From Candidatus Binatia bacterium (GTDB lineage Bacteria; Desulfobacterota; Binatia; HRBIN30): 64,000 nucleotides of DNA. The translations under genes and the position numbers were made by a program. Under the pieces are notes generated by a model. It saw only the letters and a list, made by a program, of their open reading frames with translations, ran no database searches and was not told the origin of the DNA. The stretch lies in the NCBI GenBank assembly GCA_026004215.1, contig BPIR01000003.1, positions 250,879-314,878 on the forward strand, written 5' to 3'. Position 1 is the stretch's first letter; each line of letters opens with the position of its first letter. Shown here piece after piece: positions 1 to 9,239 of this stretch.

Positions 1-1346
1 CCGAGCTTGAGTTGCAGGCTGCCGAGTGCGCCACCTCCGGTGCAGAGCGGCGTGCTGGGGGGCGGGACGCAGCCGCCGGAGACAGCCTGTGGGGCCCACC
101 AGTTGCCCGACATGACGATCATGGAAAGCAGCTTGAGCGTGTTCTCGTAGTATCCCTCGTCGTCGATCGAAGTGGCCGTGACCAGATCCCAAATTCCATT
201 GAGCCACGTCTGGTTGGCGGCGTCGGCCATCGCGCCGACCCCGAGCGGCGCGACGAAGGCCATCGACCGGAAATCGGCGCCGGGGCTGAGCGTGCCGTTG
301 AGCTGGTAGCCGGACCGGATGGCGGCCGGATCGCCGCCGGTGGAGCTGCGAATCCAGGTGGTGATGCGCTGCACGGCGGCCCTGGCGCGCGCGTCTCCGG
401 AGACCAGATAATCGGTGCCGAGGCGCCATGGGTCGCGGCAGGCATTGAAGTCGTAGGCACCGTCATTGGGCCCTTCGAGGAAATTGGGGCCGACTGGATG
501 CGGCGTGCCGAGCGGGTCGGCGACGAAGTCGGGGATCAGGCCAGTGGCCGGACTGAAGGAGGTTTGGATGGCGTCAATGACGCCGTAGGTCTGGTCGAGT
601 ACGTCGGTCCACACAGCGTTACCCGTAGCGCTGGCGAAGGCGCGCAAATGGTCGGGCATGAAGTCGGAGGAACGAGTCGCCTGGTAGTATGCCGGCTCGG
701 CCGGGGTCGCCCAATCGCCAAGCAGGATGTAACGGCCACTGCCGTCGATCTCGGCGGTGCGGATGCCAGTGAGCACGCGCGCCGCCTCGGCAGCGTAGTC
801 GATCGGGCCGCAACTGCCCCACTGCTTGTCGGCCAGCAGTAGCGCGTAGGCGATGTCGAGGTCCCCGTCAGAGGCGCTGTCGGCTCCCTGCGCGCTACTG
901 CAAGAGGTGCGCTGGTACCAGGCCATCAGGCTGGGAGTGAGGGCCGATGGGTGCTCCTTGAAGTAGAAGAACATGCCGTCGAAGATGCGGCGCGCGTCGG
1001 GGTCGTGCCCGGCCATCAGCGCAGCCAGCATCATGCCGTAGCCGTGCGCCTCGGAGACGGTGAGGTTGCCGCGCCGCACGCGCGACAGCACCACGAAGCG
1101 CCCGGCACCGCAGGTCTGGGCCAGGTAGCGGGCCTTCCAGACGTCGTAGAAATCGCGCACCGCCTGGTCGAGGGTAGCCTGGCTCACGTGATTGGGCAGG
1201 ATCGAGCCGGCGGCATAGGCCATTGGGTGCGATCCGAACGGATGGTTCTCGGCAGCGCTGGCTGGCCGTCCGCCCGGGTGGAACACGGCGCTGCCCAGTG
1301 CCGCCGCAGTGAGCCAGCCGAGCGTTCGTCGCCGAATGTGCGGCAT
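1..1346 (-). CDS. glycoside hydrolase family 8 (endoglucanase/chitosanase-like), C-terminus outside window
   Basis: Minus-strand frame open from ATG at 1346 to the window edge, missing from the ORF track because it has no stop in the window. My translation: MPHIRRRTLGWLTAAALGSAVF... (signal-like), SEAHGYGMMLAA, and ASDGDLDIAYALLLADKQW. The last segment fits the GH8 signature A-[ST]-D-[AG]-D-x2-[IM]-A-x-[SA]-[LIVM]-[LIVMG]-x-A-x3-[FW]. Confidence 0.8.
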   Translation of the reverse strand, partial: MPHIRRRTLGWLTAAALGSAVFHPGGRPASAAENHPFGSHPMAYAAGSILPNHVSQATLDQAVRDFYDVWKARYLAQTCGAGRFVVLSRVRRGNLTVSEAHGYGMMLAALMAGHDPDARRIFDGMFFYFKEHPSALTPSLMAWYQRTSCSSAQGADSASDGDLDIAYALLLADKQWGSCGPIDYAAEAARVLTGIRTAEIDGSGRYILLGDWATPAEPAYYQATRSSDFMPDHLRAFASATGNAVWTDVLDQTYGVIDAIQTSFSPATGLIPDFVADPLGTPHPVGPNFLEGPNDGAYDFNACRDPWRLGTDYLVSGDARARAAVQRITTWIRSSTGGDPAAIRSGYQLNGTLSPGADFRSMAFVAPLGVGAMADAANQTWLNGIWDLVTATSIDDEGYYENTLKLLSMIVMSGNWWAPQAVSGGCVPPPSTPLCTGGGALGSLQLKL

Positions 1347-1928
1347 GTGTCTGAATCCTTCCCGTGCGCCCGGCCGTACCGCGCCGCCGCACATGAATCC
1401 CGCTACCTGGAAAATGCAGCAGCGGCAAGCACAATCTCGGCCCCCGCGCCGGTCAGCAATGAACGACGAAGTTCGCGCCATCGCCATCGGAGTGTGCTGC
1501 GATAACGGGATGGCGAAGCAGCGGGTTGCCGCGCCTCTTTCTGCGGCCAGCACTGTGCCAGCCCCCTCTCACAGCGGTGTCGGCTCGCCGCCTTCCGCTC
1601 GACCGTGGCCATGATTTCGATATGAACAGGGACGTGCGGGTGTGGTCGCGATCCGAGCCGTGCAGGCGAACTTTTTCGGTGTAGCCACGATGCTTGCCGG
1701 GTCACTCACGTTCGAAGCGGTGGTGATCCCGACGGCTGGAGAGGTCCCGACGGTCACACTCGCTCCAGGGCGGCGCTGCGCCATTGCACTCTAGCACCCT
1801 AAAGCGGATACCTCGTTTGGTCCGGCTTGGGCCCGACGCACGCGCGATCGGAACAGGATGGGGTTAGCTTGACTTTGTCCACAGAAACGATGTAGGCCGC
1901 GGACAGCCCCAGAAAGGAGGGAAGGGTC

Positions 1929-3917
1929 GTGCGATATTCGCCCGCGGTGGCAACGCTCGCGGTCCTACTGTGGAGCGGATTGCCGGGGCGCGTGCTCGCA
2001 GAGTGCGAGCAGGCGCAGTTTGCGAGCACGTGGGACGTCGTGCAAAATCTGTTCGTTCGCCACGGGTGCACCAACGACCTTTGCCACGGTGCCGGAAAGG
2101 CAGGCGGTCTGGACCTGCGCGCGCCCGAGGCGTACGCGAACCTCGTAGAGCGCGACGCCCAAACCGTGCCCGGCATGAAGCGCGTGCTCCCAGGGCTCGG
2201 AACACGAAGCCTATTGTTCCTGAACCTGGCAGCGAAGACCTTACCCGATCAGTACCGCGCGCCGTTGCGTCCGATGCCTCTCGACCCTTTGCCCGCATTG
2301 TCCTGGCGCGAAGTGGAGCTGGTTCGGCTCTGGATTCAGCAAGGTGCGCCGGAGGCTGGCGTCGTACCAGGGACTACCGATCTCGTGGACGCGTGTTTGC
2401 CGCCGCCGCAACCGGTTCCCATCCGCCCCTTACAGCCGCCCGAGCCCGGGAAAGGTTTTCAACTGCGGATGCCTCCATGGCTGGTTCCGCCCCATAGCGA
2501 AAAGGAAGTGTGTTTCGTGAGTTACTTCGATGTGCGCGATCGAGTGCCGGTGGAATTTCGCGCCCCAGGCGGGCTCATGTTCCGCTTCCGGGCAAACGAG
2601 GTACGGCAAAGTCCGGTGAGTCACCACATGATTGCCAATCTCTACGTTGGTCGCACGCCGCTGACCGATCCGATCTGGGGCGAGTTTCGTTGTCGCGGAG
2701 GCGAGCGGGACGGCGAACCTTGCCCGCCCACGGACGTGACGTTTTGCGGCAACGGGCTGTGTGCGTCGGAGCCGGTGGAGGCCGTCGGCTGCGCGGGCTT
2801 CGGTCCGCCGGACTTGGGTCAAGGCCTCAGCCTCATCCCATTTTCCGGTAGCCAACAGGTGGCCAACGAGATGCGCTTTCCACCCGGGGTGTACCAGCAG
2901 CTACCGATGCGCGGCGTGATCGTGTGGAACGCGCACAGTTTCAACCTGGGCGATGAGCCCGCGGTGCACGAAGCTTGGTTGAACTGGGAGTTTGCGCCCC
3001 CGGAAGAAGCCCGCATGGCGGTGTGGCCGATCGCCGGGAATCGAGACATTTACAAAATGACGCCGGTGCCGCCGTTTTCCACGCGCGAGGTTTGCAGTCA
3101 CTATGAATTCCCCCGCTTTGCGCGGCTCTTCCAGTTGAGCGGTCACGGACACAAACGCATGAAGCGCTGGCGCACATTCGAGGGCAAATTTGCGTGCCAA
3201 GGTGGCCCGGCTGCGGGGCAAGCGTGTTCCCCGTTGGGCTACGATTTCAATAGCCCGGACGTATGCGAAGGTTTTCCCTGCCAGGCCCTGGAGCGCGAAC
3301 GCGCGGGCGACTGCAACGAGGATGGCGTCGTGACGATCGAAGAACTCGTGCGCGCGGTGAACGTGGCTTTGGGAGCTGCTTCTGTGGATCAGTGCGTGGA
3401 TGCGGACCGCTCGGGTGACGACGCGATTACCATCGAGGAACTTGTCTTCGCGGTGAACGCCGCCCTTGCGGGCGTACCACCAGCGCGCCCGCGCGATCCC
3501 CACGAGTCGCTGTTGTACTTGAGCACGGTTTACAGCGACATGCTCGTGCTCAATCTGGCTCCCCCGCGACGCTACGATGCGGTAACGCCCGACAAACGCA
3601 CCATCACATACTGCGCCTTGTACGATAACGGCTTTACCGACCCTACGGCCGTCAAGCGCAAGTCTACCTCGCCTCTGCCCTCGTCGCCGGGAGTCGCAGG
3701 GGGACCTTGCGAAGTGCCGACCCACTGTACGGAGGGGCGGGTTGGAGCGCCGTGTTCGGGTGCAACTCAGGAGGATAGAGACCGCTCGTGCGACTCCTCT
3801 CCTGGCGCACTCGATGGCCGCTGCGATGCTTGTCCGCTCACGGGCGGCGTGACCACCGAAGACGAAATGTTCGTCTTGCTCGGCTTGTACTACATAGCCC
3901 CGGCGGGAGCGCTGTAG
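1929..3917 (+). CDS. secreted multidomain protein: PSCyt-like N-domain + PHM/DBH-like copper monooxygenase core with an inserted dockerin/EF-hand-like repeat pair
   Basis: SD GAAAGGAGGG upstream of GTG 1929; signal-like MRYSPAVATLAVLLWSGLPGRVLA. N-domain: HGCTNDLCHGAGKAGGLDL...LVRLWIQQGAP. Copper-site-like motifs: SHHMIANL, WNAHSF, F-QLSG-HGH, GGVTTEDEMFVLLGLYY. Dockerin-like pair DCNEDGVVTIEELVRAVNVALG / DADRSGDDAITIEELVFAVNAAL at about 3308-3472. Confidence 0.6.
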   Translation: MRYSPAVATLAVLLWSGLPGRVLAECEQAQFASTWDVVQNLFVRHGCTNDLCHGAGKAGGLDLRAPEAYANLVERDAQTVPGMKRVLPGLGTRSLLFLNLAAKTLPDQYRAPLRPMPLDPLPALSWREVELVRLWIQQGAPEAGVVPGTTDLVDACLPPPQPVPIRPLQPPEPGKGFQLRMPPWLVPPHSEKEVCFVSYFDVRDRVPVEFRAPGGLMFRFRANEVRQSPVSHHMIANLYVGRTPLTDPIWGEFRCRGGERDGEPCPPTDVTFCGNGLCASEPVEAVGCAGFGPPDLGQGLSLIPFSGSQQVANEMRFPPGVYQQLPMRGVIVWNAHSFNLGDEPAVHEAWLNWEFAPPEEARMAVWPIAGNRDIYKMTPVPPFSTREVCSHYEFPRFARLFQLSGHGHKRMKRWRTFEGKFACQGGPAAGQACSPLGYDFNSPDVCEGFPCQALERERAGDCNEDGVVTIEELVRAVNVALGAASVDQCVDADRSGDDAITIEELVFAVNAALAGVPPARPRDPHESLLYLSTVYSDMLVLNLAPPRRYDAVTPDKRTITYCALYDNGFTDPTAVKRKSTSPLPSSPGVAGGPCEVPTHCTEGRVGAPCSGATQEDRDRSCDSSPGALDGRCDACPLTGGVTTEDEMFVLLGLYYIAPAGAL

Positions 3918-4152
3918 TTTCGGCTGGCGCTTCGGCGGAGACGAACACCTGCATCGAACTCGCATCGAGCCAAAAGTTTCGAGTTGCTCAAGGCTCGCTT
4001 GGGCTGATGGGGGCCACGCGAGTTCTCCTCCGTGGGCCGGTCGGCCGCATCGCCCGCTCTGCGTTGGGGGGCGGCCTTTGGCGAACTCGCGCGAAAACGG
4101 TTTGCACGCGGATACGAGGACGCGGCATGATCCCGGGCGAGGTTGGACGGTG

Positions 4153-5838
4153 ATGAGCGCTGAGGGACCCTGGGCGTGGTGCTTTGCGGAAAGCGAGGTC
4201 TGCGTTGTTCCCGTCGAGGCTATTAGCGCCGAGGGGATTGCGGAAGAATTCGCAATCGAATTGCGGAGGCGCGCCGTGCTCCCGGAGGAGTCTTTCGATC
4301 TTCTCCGTCGAGCAATCCGCTTGTACTGGCAGCGCAGCGAAGAACTGCACGCGCTCGACCCGCGCCGCTGGTTCCCCCCGCGGGCACAGCATCTTTGCAT
4401 CGTCCGGCGGGGTGCTTGTGTGCGGCCGTACTTCCAGCCCATCCACAATGCGTCGTGGCTCCTTTACGAAGCAGACTTCGACCCCGGCTCTTCGTCATTG
4501 GAATTCGCCACGTATCTGTTCTTCCACGCGGAACGGATGGCCTGGCGCCGCGAGGTTCTCGCTGCGTTCGAGGAGACCAGCCCGTACTGGCTTTTGCGAA
4601 CCGAGGACGAGGTGGCCGACTTTTGCTCGGGAGCCCGACGTTCGGCGCGGCCCGATCGCGCCGCATTTCGCGCCCTGGCGAGTGCGTTGCCATGGGTCCG
4701 CTCGTTGTACTACCCGCCGGTGCGCGCGCCCCGCATCGAGGTGCCGGGTGGTTTTGTTTCTTTGGGTGCCAGCGGGCTACTCGGTTCGAGGAGCGATGCC
4801 CTTCGTTGGCAGCAGCTAAGGGGACAATGGCAAAGCGTAGCGGAAGGGGTGTTGGCGAGGCACTACCAGCGCTTTGCCGTGAGGCGCGGCCGCCGGCACG
4901 GCGGGCTCGGTTCCTGGTTGCGGGAACGACGGCCTTACGTGCTCGTGGTGGGCCGGGGTTTGGAGGTACTCTGGGATCCGGATCGGCCCGATGACGTGCG
5001 GCCGTTGGAACAGTTGCTCGCGCGTGTAGCGCCGGTCGTGGAGGAAAGCCTGAAGGCGGACATTGCGACGGTGGATGATGCAACGCAACGCTTCCTGCGT
5101 TCGGTGCGCGTCTCCTTGCCCAGCGAGGTGCCCCGAGTCGAGCCAGGAGGGTTGAGTTTTCTCTGGCCGGGTCGGCCCATCGTCGCTTACCGTCTGTACG
5201 AGCCCGGGATGGCTCGCTTGGGCCTGCCGGCGCCGCCTTACGAGCGCCTGATGCTGGCGGCGCGCACGATGCACGAGTGGGGTCACCTGGCCTCCGCTGC
5301 GGGTTGGGTGGGTGTGCCGCCGGAGCGCCGGAACGACTGGGAGGATCGCTGTGCGTTGCTCGAAGGACTGTGCGAGCAAGTGGTTCGCGATGCGCCCGCT
5401 GGCGTCAGGGTCGCAGTCGCATCTGAACTCGAAGCCCTCACCCGGCAAGACAAGCTGGGTCGGGCTCTGGCGCGCATCGTGCACACGAGGATGGAAGATT
5501 ATCGTGCCAATCTCGTCGCACGCGCCCTGCTATCCCGCCTGGAGTTGGAAACCTATGTGCGCAACAACGTTACCTGTTTGCAGCAGTCCATGCGGGCACC
5601 GGCGGTGTTCCAGCGATTGGTCCGGTACGCGTACGAATTCCAGTACCTCCTCCTTCTGGGTCTGGACGATCCCTGGGCGTACCTGTGTCGGAGCACCTGG
5701 TTCGACCGCGAGTACTGGACCTCGGGCATCGTGTCGCGAGACCTAACGAAATGCCTTTTTGACTGCGTGTCCGAATTGTGTGCGCTCCAGGCCGTGCAGT
5801 CCACCAAGATGCATTTCGCGGATGACTACCGTGCATAG
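4153..5838 (+). CDS. hypothetical protein with HExxH motif (HEWGH)
   Basis: Protein-like composition across 562 codons. ATG 4153 (GTG 4150 also possible) lies inside the longer track ORF 4078..5838, whose first 25 residues look like non-coding read-in. Contains ARTMHEWGHLAS. No family recognised. Confidence 0.5.
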   Translation: MSAEGPWAWCFAESEVCVVPVEAISAEGIAEEFAIELRRRAVLPEESFDLLRRAIRLYWQRSEELHALDPRRWFPPRAQHLCIVRRGACVRPYFQPIHNASWLLYEADFDPGSSSLEFATYLFFHAERMAWRREVLAAFEETSPYWLLRTEDEVADFCSGARRSARPDRAAFRALASALPWVRSLYYPPVRAPRIEVPGGFVSLGASGLLGSRSDALRWQQLRGQWQSVAEGVLARHYQRFAVRRGRRHGGLGSWLRERRPYVLVVGRGLEVLWDPDRPDDVRPLEQLLARVAPVVEESLKADIATVDDATQRFLRSVRVSLPSEVPRVEPGGLSFLWPGRPIVAYRLYEPGMARLGLPAPPYERLMLAARTMHEWGHLASAAGWVGVPPERRNDWEDRCALLEGLCEQVVRDAPAGVRVAVASELEALTRQDKLGRALARIVHTRMEDYRANLVARALLSRLELETYVRNNVTCLQQSMRAPAVFQRLVRYAYEFQYLLLLGLDDPWAYLCRSTWFDREYWTSGIVSRDLTKCLFDCVSELCALQAVQSTKMHFADDYRA

Positions 5839-5899
5839 GCGACCAACGATGGGTAACCCGGCAGGAGCAGGCCTGGTGCCTGCCCATGGTGCCGGGCGC

Positions 5900-5924
5900 G
5901 GGCGACCACAAGGGTCGCCCCTAC
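5900..5924. repeat. REP-like palindromic element, copy 1 (GGGCGACCACAAGGGTCGCCCCTAC)
   Basis: 8-bp stem GGGCGACC/GGTCGCCC with loop ACAAG, in the intergenic space between convergent genes. The identical 25-mer recurs at 6002-6026, and the flanks are also similar (..GAACGCGGGG vs ..GAAACGCGGGC). Confidence 0.6.
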
Positions 5925-6001
5925 GGAACGCGGGGAACGGGTGTTGTGGGAGGGCTTCGACACCGCGGTGCGGCCTTGGGTGCCTATGGTCGGGCATTGG
6001 C

Positions 6002-6026
6002 GGGCGACCACAAGGGTCGCCCCTAC
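6002..6026. repeat. REP-like palindromic element, copy 2
   Basis: Exact 25-nt repeat of 5900-5924 in the same orientation, about 100 bp downstream. Confidence 0.6.
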
Positions 6027-6165
6027 CGAAACGCGGGCATTAGGCGTTGCCCAAGCGCATTCGCACCACCGCGCGCCGTTGGGCGCCGGGGCTGGGTGAG
6101 GTTCGCCCTGGTGTTGCATCGCCACGGGACGTGCGTGGCCGGGCAGTTGGACAGCACGTTTTTAC

Positions 6166-6193
6166 CCGGCATGCGTGGATCCACGCGTGCCGG
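6166..6193. terminator. inverted repeat between convergent genes (possible bidirectional terminator hairpin)
   Basis: CCGGCATGCGTGG-AT-CCACGCGTGCCGG: 13-nt arms with one T/G position, immediately 3' of the minus-strand stop at 6196. There is no U-tract after it on either strand, so the call is weak. Confidence 0.3.
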
Positions 6194-6195
6194 AT

Positions 6196-7654
6196 TCACC
6201 CGAGAAAATCCAGGGGTTGGTAGGTGAAGCCGCCCGAGCCCAGGATATGGTTCGTACTCGTCTCCGACAGCCCGAGCCAACGCGTCATGACCTCTCCGTA
6301 CACGTGACGGAAATCCACGGTGTACACCATGTTACCGTTGCGGTCCGGCAGGTGAAGCTCCGGGTAAGCGCCATACACTCCGCCGGCCACAAAAGAGCCG
6401 ACTTGCGACTGGCTCTTAGTCGGCCCCACCACAAAAACCGGGCTTGCGGTGCCGTGGTCCGTACCGGTATCGGGGTCGTTGTTCCCATTTTCCGCGATGC
6501 GGCGGCCAAACTCCGTGAAGGTCATGATCAGGGTGTTGCGGTGCAAGTTGGCTTCTTCCAAGTCGCGCCAGAACGCCGTGATGGCCTTGTCCACTTGGTG
6601 CAGGAGTTTCCCGTGCAGCTCGTTGGGGAAGTTCTCTTGGACCTTTTGGTTCAACGGCTTTTGCGAGAGAGGAATATGCTTCCCTTGGTCGGAGTGGGTG
6701 TCGAAGCCACCGATGCCGACACGGAAGATCCTGCAGCCCAGGGGCTGGTCGCCCGGTTGGGCGCCGCGTAAAAGCGCGTACACGAGACGCAGCGAAGTGG
6801 CCAAGCTGTAGCGCTGCGGGGTAGGTGCGGCGATGGGGTGGTCCGGCGCGCCGTTAATCAGCGCATTGAGATTGCTGGCGCCAGCACTGGACACCGTGCG
6901 GTACGCGTCCATCCGCGATGCGACCGCATAGCCCGCGGAGGCCCAGGACTGCACGAATCCGTTCGCCGAGTTGGCGAGTTGTTCGTAAATTGTCGTGAAG
7001 GTTTGCACGAGCGGGGCTTGCTGTTCGGGGCGCTGGAGAGGGTTGGCTGGGATGCGCAAGTCGCTGACGCTGGTGAACGACAACGTTGCGGTGCGGCCGA
7101 AAAATATGGGGTGCAACGAGCGAGCGACATTGACTGCGGGCACGGGATTGTTCTGGCCGAAACACAAATCGTCGAGCGACCGGCCCATCCATCCGTCCGA
7201 AACGCCCGTGAGCAACGGATCTGCCTTGTACCAGATGGCCTTGGAGACGTCGTGGGAGAGGTTCCCGTTTGCGTAGTGGGCCCCCAGAATCACGGCGAGA
7301 TTGCCGCTGTCGTAGAGGCTCTTGAAGCCGGTCATGTGGGGGTGCAGCGCCAAGGCACCGTTGTGGAGAGGGGTCGTTGTCAATTTGTGTGGGCCCGAGC
7401 TCCGTCACCGGGATATTCAGCCACTGGCGCACCTGATCGTAGCGGGTGCGATTTTGGCCCGTCCCGTCCGATACCGGAACCACCGTGTTAATTCCATCAT
7501 TGCCGCCATCGAGCTCGACCAGAATCAGGTTCGTTCCTTGCTCGCAGGCCTCTAGAGCCGCCGCCTCGCGCGCGCGCAGCCAAATGCCCGGCAAGGAAAG
7601 CGCCGCTGAAGCTCCGAGAGTGGCCTTGAGGAAATCCCGTCGCGAAAACCGCAT
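6196..7654 (-). pseudogene. DUF1501 family protein (sulfatase/alkaline-phosphatase-like), reading frame broken once
   Basis: N-terminus with a Tat signal (MRFSRRDFLKATLGASAALSL...LILVELDGGNDGINTVVPV...VTELGPTQIDNDP) lies in track ORF 6854..7654. The rest (TPLHNGALALHPHMTGFKSLYDSGNLAVILGAHYANGNLSHD...DTGTDHGTASPVFVVG) lies in ORF 6196..7383, one base out of frame. The junction coincides with a G4 run at 7360-7363. The intact paralog at 10328..11797 is collinear across the junction (ADPNTNTPLALHP). Confidence 0.75.
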
Positions 7655-7670
7655 GGCTCGCCTCCTTTGC

Positions 7671-9215
7671 TCAGTGGACGTGGTACTGCGGCAGCATCAG
7701 GATCATCTGCAGAAGTGGGTTGAGCTGGAAAAAGATATTGATGTCGTCCTGGGGGTCGAACGGATCCGTCGGGCCGAGCAACTGGATCAACGACTGCCGC
7801 GTGGCCTCGTCTACTTGAATTGGTCCGAGAAGCCGCAAGAACCTGTCTACGACCTCGGCCCGGGGCAGCGGCTGGCGCGGGAGGAGGCGCTCCGCCCTGA
7901 CCGGATCTTTGTATTTCTTTGGGGGCCAGCGGCGCGTACACAGCCTGGATGCAAAAATCGCCCGTTGCAGCAGAGTATGCGAAGTGATCCAGTACTGGTT
8001 GCCTTTCCAACTAAACACATCCGGCGGGTCGAACAGGGTTTGCCCCATTTGCGTGAGCCCGCCTTTGCCTTGGTTGCCATCATCACCAAGCTGCACCAAC
8101 GAATCCTCGAAGGTATAAAATGTGCCAGAAGGTTTGACGCGCAGCATGCGGATGGACCCGACCACGTATTCGACCGGGCTTTTGACCGTCCGGTCTCGGT
8201 GGGCGTAAAACTCGGCTCGCAAGAACATGGCCCGGAGGACCGCCGGAATCCGGTAGCCGCTGGCCACAAAGACATCGGCCAGCTCGTCGATCAGGCTTAG
8301 GTCCTCGCGACTTGTGCCTGCATCCACAATCGGATCGTAGGCGTAGAACTTCCACAGCTTGCGAACCAGAAATCGCGCTGCGGTCGGGCGACCTTCCGTA
8401 TCGCGATGATGGAAAATGGCGTCGATCAAGCGCCGGTGCTCGTCCACGGCCACTGCCGGGTCGGTGGAGGCAGGTTCTGTGTAAGTGTTGGCGGGATTCT
8501 GGCTCGGGGTTTCGTTCGGATCCGGCTGGAAAAGGATCTTGGTGTCCCGATCGTGCCGGTTCATGTCGAAGTAACTTTCCACGTCGTTGTCCAGCTCGCG
8601 GATGCGCCAACCCGTGAGCATGCGGGCAGCGACCTTGACATCGTTCTGCGAGTAGTTCTTGTTGCCCGCAAAATCGAACACTCCGAGAGTGAAGAGTTCC
8701 ATAAGTTCGCGGGCGTAGTTTTCGTTGGGAGCACGCCGGGTATTGGATTGGCCATCCAGCCACCAAAGCATGGCCGGATCGATGTTCATCGCCTTCACCA
8801 GCTCGCGGAAATCCCCCAAGGCGTAAGCACGGAACAAGGCGTTTTGCTTGGCCATGTACAGCGACTTGTTCACGCGCGATTGAGCGGTGGCGAAATGCGT
8901 GTGCAGGAAGAGAACGATCTTCTCCAACGCGGGATTCTTGGGTTTGATCATCCGTTCGAGCCACCAAGCGCGCAGCAAGCTGAACGAATTCCAGTCGCGC
9001 GGGACAAGATTCCCTCGGCCTTGCGGAACCCTTGCCGGAACGCGCAGGCGTAGAACCCAGTCCACGGCTTGTTCGGGTGTTTTCATGGCCAGGGTGCGCA
9101 CGAGGGTGGCCTCACCCGTGCTCTTGCGCACCGAGCCGTTATGGCCGAACCCAGACCGCAACAACAGATGTGCCGCTGTATCGTAATTCCATTGATCGGG
9201 AGTGATGTTGGGCAT
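7671..9215 (-). CDS. DUF1800 family protein
   Basis: TAAHLLLRSGFG..., FLHTHFAT, NENYARELMELFTLGV; paralog of 11794..13275; immediately upstream of a DUF1501 gene, which is the usual pairing. Confidence 0.8.
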   Translation of the reverse strand: MPNITPDQWNYDTAAHLLLRSGFGHNGSVRKSTGEATLVRTLAMKTPEQAVDWVLRLRVPARVPQGRGNLVPRDWNSFSLLRAWWLERMIKPKNPALEKIVLFLHTHFATAQSRVNKSLYMAKQNALFRAYALGDFRELVKAMNIDPAMLWWLDGQSNTRRAPNENYARELMELFTLGVFDFAGNKNYSQNDVKVAARMLTGWRIRELDNDVESYFDMNRHDRDTKILFQPDPNETPSQNPANTYTEPASTDPAVAVDEHRRLIDAIFHHRDTEGRPTAARFLVRKLWKFYAYDPIVDAGTSREDLSLIDELADVFVASGYRIPAVLRAMFLRAEFYAHRDRTVKSPVEYVVGSIRMLRVKPSGTFYTFEDSLVQLGDDGNQGKGGLTQMGQTLFDPPDVFSWKGNQYWITSHTLLQRAIFASRLCTRRWPPKKYKDPVRAERLLPRQPLPRAEVVDRFLRLLGPIQVDEATRQSLIQLLGPTDPFDPQDDINIFFQLNPLLQMILMLPQYHVH

Positions 9216-9239
9216 TGCTCGATCCCCCCTCGCTCCGCT

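Noticed and set aside
12-1505. Track ORFs 12..842 (+), 895..1434 (-) and 951..1505 (+) as genes in the first 1.5 kb
   Set aside because: Their translations are Gly/Arg/Ala-rich with no recognisable motifs. They overlap a continuous minus-strand frame that carries an exact GH8 signature.
1929-2400. Calling the N-domain (and that of 9240..10319) a haem-binding cytochrome c
   Set aside because: No CxxCH is present. The motifs are CTNDLCH and CSNLAGCH, so only a PSCyt-like fold, not haem attachment, can be suggested.
2901-4448. 515-aa minus-strand ORF
   Set aside because: Antisense to the well-supported 1929..3917 gene. Extremely Arg/Ser/Ala-rich (RRRRSKDSSGSTARLRNS...), typical of antisense frames in GC-rich DNA.
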